A DNA stretch of 64,000 nt from an uncultured Chthonomonadaceae bacterium (GTDB lineage Bacteria > Armatimonadota > Chthonomonadetes > Chthonomonadales > Chthonomonadaceae), in the NCBI GenBank assembly GCA_963835065.1, contig CAWIEK010000033.1, positions 25,184 to 89,183 on the forward strand, read 5' to 3'. Below are positions 1-8,330 of this stretch, piece by piece; the first letter of the stretch is position 1, and the number at the start of each line of letters is the position of its first letter. A program made the translations under genes and the position numbers. Below the pieces are notes generated by a model. That model was not told where the DNA came from, did no database searches, and was given only the letters and a program-made list of their open reading frames with translations.

Positions 1-49
1 CTCTGTGTTCCCCCTCTGTGCCTCTGTGTCTCTAGCGAAGCGGGTGGTT
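1..49. repeat. CTCTGTG-type tandem array, right arm of an inverted-repeat cassette
   Basis: ctctgtg..ctctgtg cctctgtgtctctagc..gcgggtggtt, similar to 48881-48932. Confidence 0.65.
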
Positions 50-1151
50 ATTTTCTCTTTGTCTCGTTCGTTGGCAGGGCCGCGATTTGCAGCAGGCGCG
101 TGTCGAGCAGTTGGGCGACATCTATGGTGCGCGGCAGGTAGCCGGCTTCAAATTGCGCCTGCATGAACGCGGCGATGCTCGTCGGGTTGGGATCGGCGGT
201 GAAGTCGCACCGATGCCAGGCTTCGCGCAGGACGGCGGGTGACAAAGCTCTGCCGGTCAGCCGTTTTAATTCTTTGTTGGTGTCGGCCTGCGCTTCGTCG
301 GGATGCGTTTGCATCCAGGAAAGCGTTTGCAGGTGCGCGGTCAGGAGTTTCTGCACTTCCTGCGGGTGCTGTTCCAAATAGGCGCGGCGGGCGACGACTA
401 CGGTTGTCGTTACTTTGTGGTCGGGCCACAGGTCGCGCTCATCGAGTACCAGCATGGCGTGGGCGTCGGCAATCAGGCGGGCCGCCCAGGGTTCGGGAAC
501 CCAGGCCGCGTCCAGTTCGCCGCGCAGAAACAGGGTCAGCATGTCGGCGTTTTTCACGGGCAGGATTTGTACCGTGCCGCCCTTTTCGGTTCCGCGCAAG
601 CCTTGCAGCGCGAGAAAATGCCGCAGGGAAATGTCCTGTGTGCCGCCGATTTGCGGCACGGCCACGCGCTTGCCTTCCAAATCCCGCACACTGGTAACGT
701 TGGTTCCCTCGCGGGCAATCAGCGCCGCGCCCCCACTGCAAGCGCCGGCAATAATCTTCAGCGCGCGGCCATTGGACTTCAAAAACGTATTGACGGCAGG
801 GCCGGGGCCGACATAACTCACATCAATCTCACCCGCAAGCAGGGCTTCCATCGCTTCCGGCCCGGCATTGAACACTTTGGCGTCTAAGGCGATTTGACTG
901 CCCAACGCCTGCTGAAAAGTGCCGCGTCCCACGCCCAGCACGGCGGGCGCATGGGTGACATTGGCAAAATAGCCCAGCCGTACCCGCTCCGCGCCGGACA
1001 GCGGCACATCAGGCGGGCGTCCCACCACAAACGCCAGCAAAAACAGCGTCACGATGCCGAACAGGGGTACGGCATTTTGCCGCGTTGTCTGTATCCACTG
1101 GCTTGTTTGTGATTGTGGCTTTTGCCAATCGGTCATTAAGGAAATCCTCAA
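48..1151 (-). CDS. ABC transporter substrate-binding protein, aliphatic sulfonate/nitrate (SsuA/TauA-like)
   Basis: N-terminal TM, RLGYFANVTHAPA, FNAGPEAMEAL, GELDAAWVPEPW motifs typical of SsuA-like SBPs; overlaps Rrf2 stop; start could be 1136. Confidence 0.85.
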   Translation of the reverse strand: MRISLMTDWQKPQSQTSQWIQTTRQNAVPLFGIVTLFLLAFVVGRPPDVPLSGAERVRLGYFANVTHAPAVLGVGRGTFQQALGSQIALDAKVFNAGPEAMEALLAGEIDVSYVGPGPAVNTFLKSNGRALKIIAGACSGGAALIAREGTNVTSVRDLEGKRVAVPQIGGTQDISLRHFLALQGLRGTEKGGTVQILPVKNADMLTLFLRGELDAAWVPEPWAARLIADAHAMLVLDERDLWPDHKVTTTVVVARRAYLEQHPQEVQKLLTAHLQTLSWMQTHPDEAQADTNKELKRLTGRALSPAVLREAWHRCDFTADPNPTSIAAFMQAQFEAGYLPRTIDVAQLLDTRLLQIAALPTNETKRK

Positions 1152-1606
1152 ATCACATAATCAAAAAGTTCGTTTTGCTGCGCCTGCAAGGTTCCGTGCC
1201 GTTCGGCAAGCTGCGCGAACGTGGTGGTATCCAGCACTTTTGCCAGCGCGTCGCGGGCTTCCTTCCACGCGGTGCGCAGGCTGCACGTCAAAGGTTCGGG
1301 ACAGCCGCACTCGTTGTAATCGGATGTGCTGACGCAGCTCATGGGCGCGAGCGGCCCGTCGGTTGCCCGCACAACCGCGCCGAGCGTGATGGCAGCGGGC
1401 GGCATGGCAAGCAGATACCCGCCGCCCGGCCCTTTGCGGCTTTTCACAAACCCGAACCGTTTCAGCGTCAGCAGTATCTGCTCCAGAAACTTCACGGGGA
1501 TGTTCTGCCGCGCCGCGATCTCATGGATCAGCACGGGGCCTTGTCCGCTGTGAAGCGTCAGGTCAATCAAGGCGCGGGTCGCGTATTTTCCTCGGCAAGA
1601 TAGCAT
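1148..1606 (-). CDS. Rrf2 family transcriptional regulator (CymR/IscR-like)
   Basis: KYATRAL, EIAARQNIPVKFLEQIL, SRKGPGGGY motifs; three Cys (CVS..CGC..C) region. Confidence 0.92.
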   Translation of the reverse strand: MLSCRGKYATRALIDLTLHSGQGPVLIHEIAARQNIPVKFLEQILLTLKRFGFVKSRKGPGGGYLLAMPPAAITLGAVVRATDGPLAPMSCVSTSDYNECGCPEPLTCSLRTAWKEARDALAKVLDTTTFAQLAERHGTLQAQQNELFDYVI

Positions 1607-1647
1607 CAGGGTTAGGCTTCATACGAACAGGAGGGAACAATCATTAC

Positions 1648-1672
1648 ATAGTCTATCGAATTAGTAGAGTAT
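1648..1672. promoter_or_regulatory. Putative Rrf2 autoregulatory operator
   Basis: 25-bp imperfect palindrome ATAGTCTATCGAATTAGTAGAGTAT about 40 bp upstream of the Rrf2 start; shape resembles IscR/CymR-type boxes. Confidence 0.55.
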
Positions 1673-1700
1673 TCTAGCATATCGCCGCGTAATTGTCAAT

Positions 1701-1765
1701 AGAAGAATGAAAGAAGGATGAACGAGCATTTGTTTCATCCTTCACCCTTCATCCTTCATTCTTCT
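1701..1765. repeat. GGATGAA/TTCATCC heptamer inverted arms
   Basis: agaatgaaagaaggatgaa ... ttcatccttcacccttcatccttcattc. Confidence 0.6.
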
Positions 1766-2496
1766 CTTCTCGCGCACCACAGGGCCGCGTTGTAAAGCAC
1801 CGTTTGCACGTTGGCGTCGAAGTATGTGGGGTACGTTTCATGGCCGGGGCGGAAGTAGAACACGCGCCCCGCTCCCTCGCCTTCTCCGATCCCCTTGCCC
1901 GGTCCCGACGTAAAGCCCTGTGTTTTGCCGCGCCCGACTGTCCAGCAGATGCCGCTTGGAAAGTATTCGCCGCCGAGGGGAAAATAGGATTGCAGCACGA
2001 GACATTGCGGCGGCGGCACGTCGAACGGAGCGCCGTACATCTCTTCTTCCGCCAGCACAAAATCGGACACGCCCTGCGCAATGGGGTGGTGAGGGGCGCA
2101 TACGGTGATTTCTTCGGTATCGGCGGGCGTTTGCTCACGCCAGCCGCCTTTGAGATGGCCGGGACAGGCGAGAACGGCCTGCAAGGTTTTGGAATAGTGC
2201 GCGGAGTGCAGGGCTACAAAGCCCATGCCCCGCTCGTGAACGTGTCCGTACACGCGCATCATCGTGTCGTCGCTGACTTCCCGATGCCGGGCATGCGCCC
2301 ACCAGAACAGCACGTCGGTCTGGTGTAAAATGTCGTCGCCGCAGCCCTGCTCCAGGTCGTCCAAATTGGCGGTTGTCGCCTTGATTTTGCCGTTCCCTTT
2401 GGCGTTCAAGCCAGCGGCAATCGCGCCGTTGATGCTGTCCGGGTACAGCGATTTCGGCGCATGGGTGGGCGCTTCATCCCACACCAGTACACGCAC
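1756..2496 (-). CDS. ThuA-like (trehalose utilisation, GATase-like fold) protein
   Basis: RVLVWDE, DVLFWWAH, GMGFVALHSAHYSK, EEEMYG, GRVFYFRPGHETYPTY. Confidence 0.88.
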   Translation of the reverse strand: MRVLVWDEAPTHAPKSLYPDSINGAIAAGLNAKGNGKIKATTANLDDLEQGCGDDILHQTDVLFWWAHARHREVSDDTMMRVYGHVHERGMGFVALHSAHYSKTLQAVLACPGHLKGGWREQTPADTEEITVCAPHHPIAQGVSDFVLAEEEMYGAPFDVPPPQCLVLQSYFPLGGEYFPSGICWTVGRGKTQGFTSGPGKGIGEGEGAGRVFYFRPGHETYPTYFDANVQTVLYNAALWCARREE

Positions 2497-2630
2497 AGGG
2501 GCTGGCGCTCGTCGTATTCTCTGCCATTCGATTTATATTCTCCTTTGCGTTCAAATGCGCTTTTCCTCAATCTCGCTGCAAGATTGCGCGTCCGCGAGTC
2601 AAAACCCTGCTTTGTTTTTGATTATTCAGG

Positions 2631-2673
2631 CCCTCACCCCCGCCCCTCTCCCAAAAAGCATGGGAGAGGGGCG
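2631..2673. repeat. CCCTCACCCC..CCCTCTCCC/GGGAGAGGG REP-like hairpin
   Basis: ccctcacccccgcccctctccc aaaaagcat gggagaggggcg. Confidence 0.6.
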
Positions 2674-2828
2674 CAGTGTTTTTGCAGGCGCAGCCCTGCC
2701 GCGCTGTAAAATTTCCCGGTTGTGGTAGCCGGAACTTGGATTGCGCGTCTTGTTTGCAGTGAAGCTGAGTTCATTGTGACGTTGAGTTCCCCGTGAAGCT
2801 GAAGAGCGCGTAAAAGAGAGGAGGTTCT

Positions 2829-3788
2829 ATGGACGGACTGTTTCATAATCCTGTGGCCGAGATGTATGGGCCGACGTTTCTCATGGTGTACGGTATGGTG
2901 ATTGTCGCCACGCTGATTTTGTGTTACCATGCCGCTCGGCGCGGAACGTCCGCAGGGAGTGGACCGCCGGAAGTGCCTTCGCGTCCTGACCCGTATGAGA
3001 TCGCGTATTTGCGCGGGGGTGAGAACGAGGTGATACGGCTGGCGATATTCCGCCTGATGCAGTCCGGCTATTTGCAGGCCGAAGGCGACAAGGTGAAAAA
3101 ACTGCGCAGCACGGGTCTGGCCTACCCCGCCGGTAGCCTGTCTTCCCGCGAATCTCAGATCGAAACGGAAACCCTGTCGTACTTTGCCATGCCGCGCGGC
3201 GTGGGCGAAGTGTTCACCTCCTCCCTGCTCGGGCATGTCCGGCGGTTGTGTTCCGATTATGAGGAGCGGCTGCGCTGGCAAGGGCTGCTCAACGGGGATG
3301 AGGCTGCCGAACATGCCCGCCACGCTTTTCAAGTGGGCGCAGTGGTGATTTACGGCCTGGGCGGGTACAAGCTGATGGCGGCGGTCAACAACGGTTATTA
3401 CAACATCGGCTTTCTGATTGTCATGGGACTGTTCGCGCTTCCCTGCCTGGCAGGGGTGTGCCGCCTGCCCCGCCTGAGCGAGTTGGGGAAGCAGTACGTG
3501 CAGCGACTGCAAGCCGCGTTCGGCGGGCTGAGGTCGCGCCTGCCGAATGAGGAGACGGGCGATGATTCGGTTCCGCTCGTCCTCGCCGTCTTCGGCGTGG
3601 GAGCATTGGCGGCTACCGCTTACACCGATTTTCACCTGATGTTTCAGCGCGCCGCCAATGCCGGAACGAGCGGCGGGGGCTGCGGGGGCATGAGCAGTTG
3701 TGGCAGTGGCGGAGGCTGCGGCGGGGGCGGGGGTTGTGGGGGCGGGGGTGGTTGTGGCGGTGGGTGCGGCGGTTGCGGAGGAGGGTAA
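2829..3788 (+). CDS. TIGR04222-domain membrane protein with Gly/Cys-rich C-terminal tail
   Basis: RBS gaggagg; GPTFL..Y, DPYEIAYLRGG motif, TM segments, tail GGGCGGMSSCGSGGGCGGGGGCGGGGGCGGGCGGCGGG. Confidence 0.88.
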   Translation: MDGLFHNPVAEMYGPTFLMVYGMVIVATLILCYHAARRGTSAGSGPPEVPSRPDPYEIAYLRGGENEVIRLAIFRLMQSGYLQAEGDKVKKLRSTGLAYPAGSLSSRESQIETETLSYFAMPRGVGEVFTSSLLGHVRRLCSDYEERLRWQGLLNGDEAAEHARHAFQVGAVVIYGLGGYKLMAAVNNGYYNIGFLIVMGLFALPCLAGVCRLPRLSELGKQYVQRLQAAFGGLRSRLPNEETGDDSVPLVLAVFGVGALAATAYTDFHLMFQRAANAGTSGGGCGGMSSCGSGGGCGGGGGCGGGGGCGGGCGGCGGG

Positions 3789-3794
3789 TACATC

Positions 3795-4673
3795 ATGGCG
3801 CAAACAACATCCGGGATCGCATCGAATTCTTTTTCATCTTTTTCAATGGAAGCGTTGCCGGTTTTGGGCATCGGGCTGGGGATGCGCGAGCCGTTTCTGA
3901 GCGACCTGTTTTTGCACCGGCAGGACGTAGACTTTTTGGAAATCGTTGCCGACCACTATTTCGATCCCACACCGCGCAAAGCGGAGGAATTGGAACTGCT
4001 GCGGGCGCATTTCCCGCTTGTGCCGCACGGCCTGGATTTGTCGCTCGGCAGCGCGGAAGGCTTGGATATGGCGTATTTGGAGCGGATGGCAAAATTGGTG
4101 AACCATCTTAACCCGCCCTGGTGGAGCGAGCATATCGCGTTTACCAGAGCCGGAAGCGTGGACATCGGGCATTTGTGCGGCCTGCCGTTCACCCGTGACG
4201 CGCTGGATACCTTGTGCGGCAACATCCGCCGCGTACAGGAACGGATTGCCGCGCCGTTGATTTTGGAAAACATCACGTACACGCTGCAATGGCCGGGCGC
4301 GGAAATGACCGAAGCGCAGTTTCTAACCGAACTGGTCACGCGCGCGGATTGCGGACTGCTGCTGGACATTACGAACCTGTACACGAACTCGGTAAATTGG
4401 GGTTACGACCCGTGCCGGTTTCTGGACGAATTGCCGCTTGAAAAAGTGGTACAGTTCCATTTCGTCGGGGGCGAGTGGCAGGGCGATCAGTTGATTGACA
4501 GCCATTCGCAGTCCACGCCGCCGGAAGTATGGCAGCTTATGGAAGAAGCCTGCCGTCGTACTCAGGTAAAAGGCATTTTGCTGGAGCGGGACGAAAATCT
4601 GCCGCCGTTCAAAGAAATCACCGAAGAACTGGCGAAGGCGCGGGAGATAATGCGGTTGAGGGTTGAGGGTTGA
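3795..4673 (+). CDS. DUF692 family multinuclear non-heme iron oxidative enzyme (MNIO)
   Basis: GIGLGMR, DFLEIVADHY, HGLDLSLGS, WWSEHIAF, LENIT, LLLDITNLY, IDSHS, LERD; start may be 3846. Confidence 0.93.
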   Translation: MAQTTSGIASNSFSSFSMEALPVLGIGLGMREPFLSDLFLHRQDVDFLEIVADHYFDPTPRKAEELELLRAHFPLVPHGLDLSLGSAEGLDMAYLERMAKLVNHLNPPWWSEHIAFTRAGSVDIGHLCGLPFTRDALDTLCGNIRRVQERIAAPLILENITYTLQWPGAEMTEAQFLTELVTRADCGLLLDITNLYTNSVNWGYDPCRFLDELPLEKVVQFHFVGGEWQGDQLIDSHSQSTPPEVWQLMEEACRRTQVKGILLERDENLPPFKEITEELAKAREIMRLRVEG

Positions 4674-4775
4674 GAGTATTGGGTGTTCGGTGTTCGGTGT
4701 TCGGTATTTGGGTATTTGGTGTTGGGGGAGTGGCATTGTCTTAAATGCTCAATGCTTCATGCTCAACGCTCAATC
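4653..4775. repeat. Mixed heptamer arrays (GGTTGAG, GTGTTCG/GTATTTG, AATGCTC)
   Basis: Tandem 7-mers directly visible between the DUF692 gene and the next gene. Confidence 0.8.
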
Positions 4776-4787
4776 GAAGGATGAGAA

Positions 4788-5429
4788 ATGGGATTACGGG
4801 ACGTGCAGCATGGGCTGGCGCGGCTGCTGACGGATGATGGTCTGCGGGAACGGTTTGCGGTTGACCCGCAGGGCGTGGCGCAAACGCTGAATCTGGATGC
4901 GGCGGATGCGGCGCAGTTGTCCCTTCTGGCAAGCGCGGAAGTGGAGCGCTTTGCCCGTTCGCTGCGCGCCAAGCGGTGGAACGAAATTCAGAAGTTGCTG
5001 CCGGTTTCCACGCAGGCGGCGCAAAATTTCGGGTTTCCGTTGCGGCGGTTGTTCTTCGATTTCGCGCAAACGTATGCGCCACAGGGCGGCAAGCGCCATA
5101 CGCAGGACGCCCTTGCTTTCGCCGATTGGACAGCGCGGCAGTCGAGCGGAACGCCGCAAGATTTCATTCCCACAAACGCGGTATGGCTTTCCGACTTACT
5201 GCGCTATGAAGCGGCGTGGCTGGAAATGCATCTGCTGCCGTCACGACGCTGGATGCTGCGCCGGTTCGCCTACCCTATTCCCCAATGGATACGCGCCCAA
5301 ACGCTTGCTGCCGCCGAAGGTAAAGTTACCGACAGTTCCCCATCTATGCGAACAACTCTGAGCATATGGCTGCGCCTGTCACCTTCGGGTAAGCTGCGCC
5401 ATTACAATTTGTCTGCGCCCAAACTATGA
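4788..5429 (+). CDS. Putative MNIO partner/peptide-recognition protein (DUF2063/SCO6045-like)
   Basis: Follows DUF692; LARLLTD..LRERF, FARSLRAKR, DALAF and DLLRYEAAWLE resemble MNIO partner proteins. Confidence 0.65.
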   Translation: MGLRDVQHGLARLLTDDGLRERFAVDPQGVAQTLNLDAADAAQLSLLASAEVERFARSLRAKRWNEIQKLLPVSTQAAQNFGFPLRRLFFDFAQTYAPQGGKRHTQDALAFADWTARQSSGTPQDFIPTNAVWLSDLLRYEAAWLEMHLLPSRRWMLRRFAYPIPQWIRAQTLAAAEGKVTDSSPSMRTTLSIWLRLSPSGKLRHYNLSAPKL

Positions 5430-5471
5430 CAAGCGGGCAGAGAAAGCGAGGCGAAAACACCATCTTGTACG

Positions 5472-6266
5472 CTACTTCCCGTCCTTTCGCAGCAGCGCCA
5501 CAAAGTCAGGACGTTTCTGTTCGCGCGCCAGGGAAAGCGGGGTTTCCGCGTTGACGTTGCGAAGGTTGGGGTTGGCTCCGCGCGCCATCAATTCCTGCAC
5601 CAAACGCTTGCTTTTGCCGTTCCAAATCGCAAAATGCAGGGCTGTGTTGCCGTCGCGGTTCTGGATGTTCACATTGGCATGGCGCGTCAGCAGCAAGCGC
5701 GTCATGGCTTCAGCATTGGCAGCCGCGGCCACCATCAGCGAAGTGGAGCCGTTCGTACCCTGCGTGTCCACGTTTGCGCCATGCGCAAGCAGCAGTTCTA
5801 TGAGACACAGGCGGTTCCGATTGACAGCGGCGCGTATAGGCGTATCGTCATCGGATTGCGGGGCGTTGAGGTCTGCGCCATGCGTAAGCATGGTTTCGGC
5901 CAATTGACAGCAGCCTGCGTCATCGGCAAGCGCCGGTATGCCGGCATCGTCTGTCCATTGCAAGCCTCCCCCACAGGCAAGCAAAAACGCGGTCGGGCTG
6001 TCATCGGCAGGGGCAAGCGAGCGGTGCAGCAGTTGGTCGAGCAGCCGCTTGAAGGTTGGGGCAGGCGGCGGATGGCAGCGCGTATTCGGGTCGGCTCCGG
6101 CATGGACAAGGACAAGCGCCTGCCTGCTGTCGTTGTGGACAAGAGCGGCAATCAGTTGACGATTAAGCGTGTACTGCCGATTCGCCTTCCATACCCACCA
6201 TCCGCTTGAGCCGACGATCACGAGAACAGGCGTCAGCGCCAAAACTAACGAACGTCGCGCTTTCAT
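5472..6266 (-). CDS. Ankyrin repeat protein with N-terminal membrane anchor
   Basis: GADPN, GANVD, GSTSLMVAA, GNTALHFA, GANPN..ETPL repeats. Confidence 0.9.
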   Translation of the reverse strand: MKARRSLVLALTPVLVIVGSSGWWVWKANRQYTLNRQLIAALVHNDSRQALVLVHAGADPNTRCHPPPAPTFKRLLDQLLHRSLAPADDSPTAFLLACGGGLQWTDDAGIPALADDAGCCQLAETMLTHGADLNAPQSDDDTPIRAAVNRNRLCLIELLLAHGANVDTQGTNGSTSLMVAAAANAEAMTRLLLTRHANVNIQNRDGNTALHFAIWNGKSKRLVQELMARGANPNLRNVNAETPLSLAREQKRPDFVALLRKDGK

Positions 6267-6274
6267 GGGCGTTT

Positions 6275-7153
6275 CTACCCTCCCCTATCACCTGGTTCCG
6301 CCAGGCCGGCGCGCAAAAGCTGCTGCGGTTCGGAAGCGGGAGAAGTATGGGCGCGCAGCATGGTATCGGGGCGCATGTCAGGCGTGTCGGACGCGCGCAG
6401 CAGGGTTTGAAGGGAATGTTGACGCTGTATCCGCGCTTCCATCTGTAAAATCAACGCCTGCATCTGCGCGTTCAGCCGATGTTCCGCCGGATACACCGCC
6501 GAACGGCTGGCGATACGCCGCATGGATGTCAGGGTTTCTCCGTCGCCAATATGCGCGAACGCCTGCAATGCGCTGAAACCGAACGCTTCATCCGCATTAT
6601 TGCGCAGGGTCAGGGGCAGCACGGCAAGGGTCCAGAGGATTTCCTGCTCGTCCCGATTCAGCAGGCCGATGTCTGCCTCCGTTACCTGTTCCAGCAAGCG
6701 GCGGATGGCGGCAAGCACGGCAGGGTCACGCCCCCAGTCATGGTGGGTCGCTTTAATCAGCGTCGGCAGGACCGCGATATTCCCCGTTTGCGTCAGCGCG
6801 TACACCATACAACGCTGCGTCTGCTCAACATGAACGACCATTCTTGCAAACAGCAGTCCCCAAGCGAATAGCGCAGCCATCGCAAGAGCGGTATGATGGC
6901 CGGAAAAGCCAAAAATAAGCAGGCCGCCGGCGACAAGGCCGATCCAGGCGAGTGTCGCGCGTACCGCTGCCGCTTCTTCTATTCCATGCTGCAGAGCGGC
7001 GACAATAGGGGGAGGAAGGTGGGCCAGCGTCGGTTCGGACGCCCAATCTGATTTCAAGCGGACAAGGCGTTTCGCCAGGCGCAGGGCTTCCATGCGGGAG
7101 GCTTTGTCAGGTATGGATTTGGGCATTATACTTCTCCCTTTTTGCCGTTCCAC
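6275..7153 (-). CDS. Hypothetical 2-TM protein with HEAT-like region and C-terminal LLRA repeats
   Basis: Long ORF; C-terminus TLLRAS..TMLRAH..EPQQLLRAG; paralog of 33366-34168; start may be 7126. Confidence 0.7.
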   Translation of the reverse strand: MERQKGRSIMPKSIPDKASRMEALRLAKRLVRLKSDWASEPTLAHLPPPIVAALQHGIEEAAAVRATLAWIGLVAGGLLIFGFSGHHTALAMAALFAWGLLFARMVVHVEQTQRCMVYALTQTGNIAVLPTLIKATHHDWGRDPAVLAAIRRLLEQVTEADIGLLNRDEQEILWTLAVLPLTLRNNADEAFGFSALQAFAHIGDGETLTSMRRIASRSAVYPAEHRLNAQMQALILQMEARIQRQHSLQTLLRASDTPDMRPDTMLRAHTSPASEPQQLLRAGLAEPGDRGG

Positions 7154-7198
7154 TTTAGGTAAGGAATTTACCAGGCTGCCGCAACTATATCCGGTCTC

Positions 7199-8059
7199 TC
7201 AAAGCGATATGGCATCCAGCAGGGCGCGGTGTTCGGGCGTTAAGTCGGAAAACGGCAGGCGGGCATGTCCCATATCGAAGCCTTGCCGCCCGCAAAGATA
7301 TTTTAAGGCCGGAATGGAACCCATCTGTTTTAAGGTCGTTCGCAGTTCATCTACCTGCGGCTGCAAATGATCTTCGCCTGCCCACAACTGCGCGAACAGG
7401 CGCGGCGTGGCGTTGGCAATGGCGGAAATAAACCCATGCGCGCCGATCTGACGGCCTTCCCTTGCAAAGCCGTCACTGGCCGCGAACACAACCGCATGAC
7501 TGCCGAACTCCTGTACCAGTTCCGTCATCCGCTCCGTTTTGCCCATCGAATCCTTGACGCCCGCAATGATGCCGTCGTTCAACATCCGCTTCAGGCAGGC
7601 AACCGAAATCATATTGGCGGCATACTGCGGGATGTTGTACGCGAACACGGGCAGGCTTGTCGCCTTGTGTATCTGCGCGTACCATTGATAAATCGCCTCA
7701 TCGCTTGCCGGGTAGTAAATCGGCGGCGGCAAAAACACGCCCTGCGCCCCGCTGTCTTCGGCATGACGCGCCAAATCACGCGCGGCCTCGCTTTGCAGCG
7801 CCCACACGCCGGCAAGAACGGGAACGCGCCCGCCTGCGCCTTCCATTGCCGCCGTCACAATCGCGCGTTTCTCCGCCTCCGAAAGAAACAAAAACTCGCC
7901 CGTCGTGCCTGCCGGGCATAATCCTGCCGCGCCGTTTTCCACCAGCCAATGCGCGTGTTCCCGCGCGACGCCCGTATCGAGGGTATCATCCTTTTGAAAC
8001 GGCGTTAATGTCGCCACATAGCACCCTTGTAACGCTTGTTTTCCTTCATTCACCGCCAT
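7199..8059 (-). CDS. Dihydrodipicolinate synthase (DapA/NanA) family aldolase
   Basis: ATLTPF, GTTGEF, GRVPVLAG, YNIP, GVKDS; start set at MAVNEG after RBS aagg. Confidence 0.9.
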   Translation of the reverse strand: MAVNEGKQALQGCYVATLTPFQKDDTLDTGVAREHAHWLVENGAAGLCPAGTTGEFLFLSEAEKRAIVTAAMEGAGGRVPVLAGVWALQSEAARDLARHAEDSGAQGVFLPPPIYYPASDEAIYQWYAQIHKATSLPVFAYNIPQYAANMISVACLKRMLNDGIIAGVKDSMGKTERMTELVQEFGSHAVVFAASDGFAREGRQIGAHGFISAIANATPRLFAQLWAGEDHLQPQVDELRTTLKQMGSIPALKYLCGRQGFDMGHARLPFSDLTPEHRALLDAISL

Positions 8060-8228
8060 TATTTCGCCTTTCCTTGCGTCGTAACAGGTATGCCGCATAA
8101 TCAGGCAGGAACCCGCGCCTGCTTGCTCGAAATTCGTCTTAGATGCTACAGTAGTATAGCACGAGGACAAGGGCACGGAGCGAAACCTGCCGCGCCCATA
8201 TTGGCTCAACAACGTTTGGAGCGCGTTC

Positions 8229-8330
8229 TTGTCTGAACCATGATTTTTCATGATTATTGTGATTATCATGATTCGGAGGCGCATTTCTCATGGCAATCAT
8301 CAAAATCATGAAAAATCATGGTTCAGACAA
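8229..8330. repeat. Inverted-repeat cassette with CATGATTAT-type 9-mer arms
   Basis: ttgtctgaaccatgatttttcatgatt... / ...aatcatgaaaaatcatggttcagacaa; same architecture as 49819-49921. Confidence 0.8.

Noticed and set aside
2634..3803. 389-aa minus-strand Ala/Thr/Pro-rich ORF
   Set aside because: Antisense of the TIGR04222 gene; its low complexity mirrors the Gly/Cys tail
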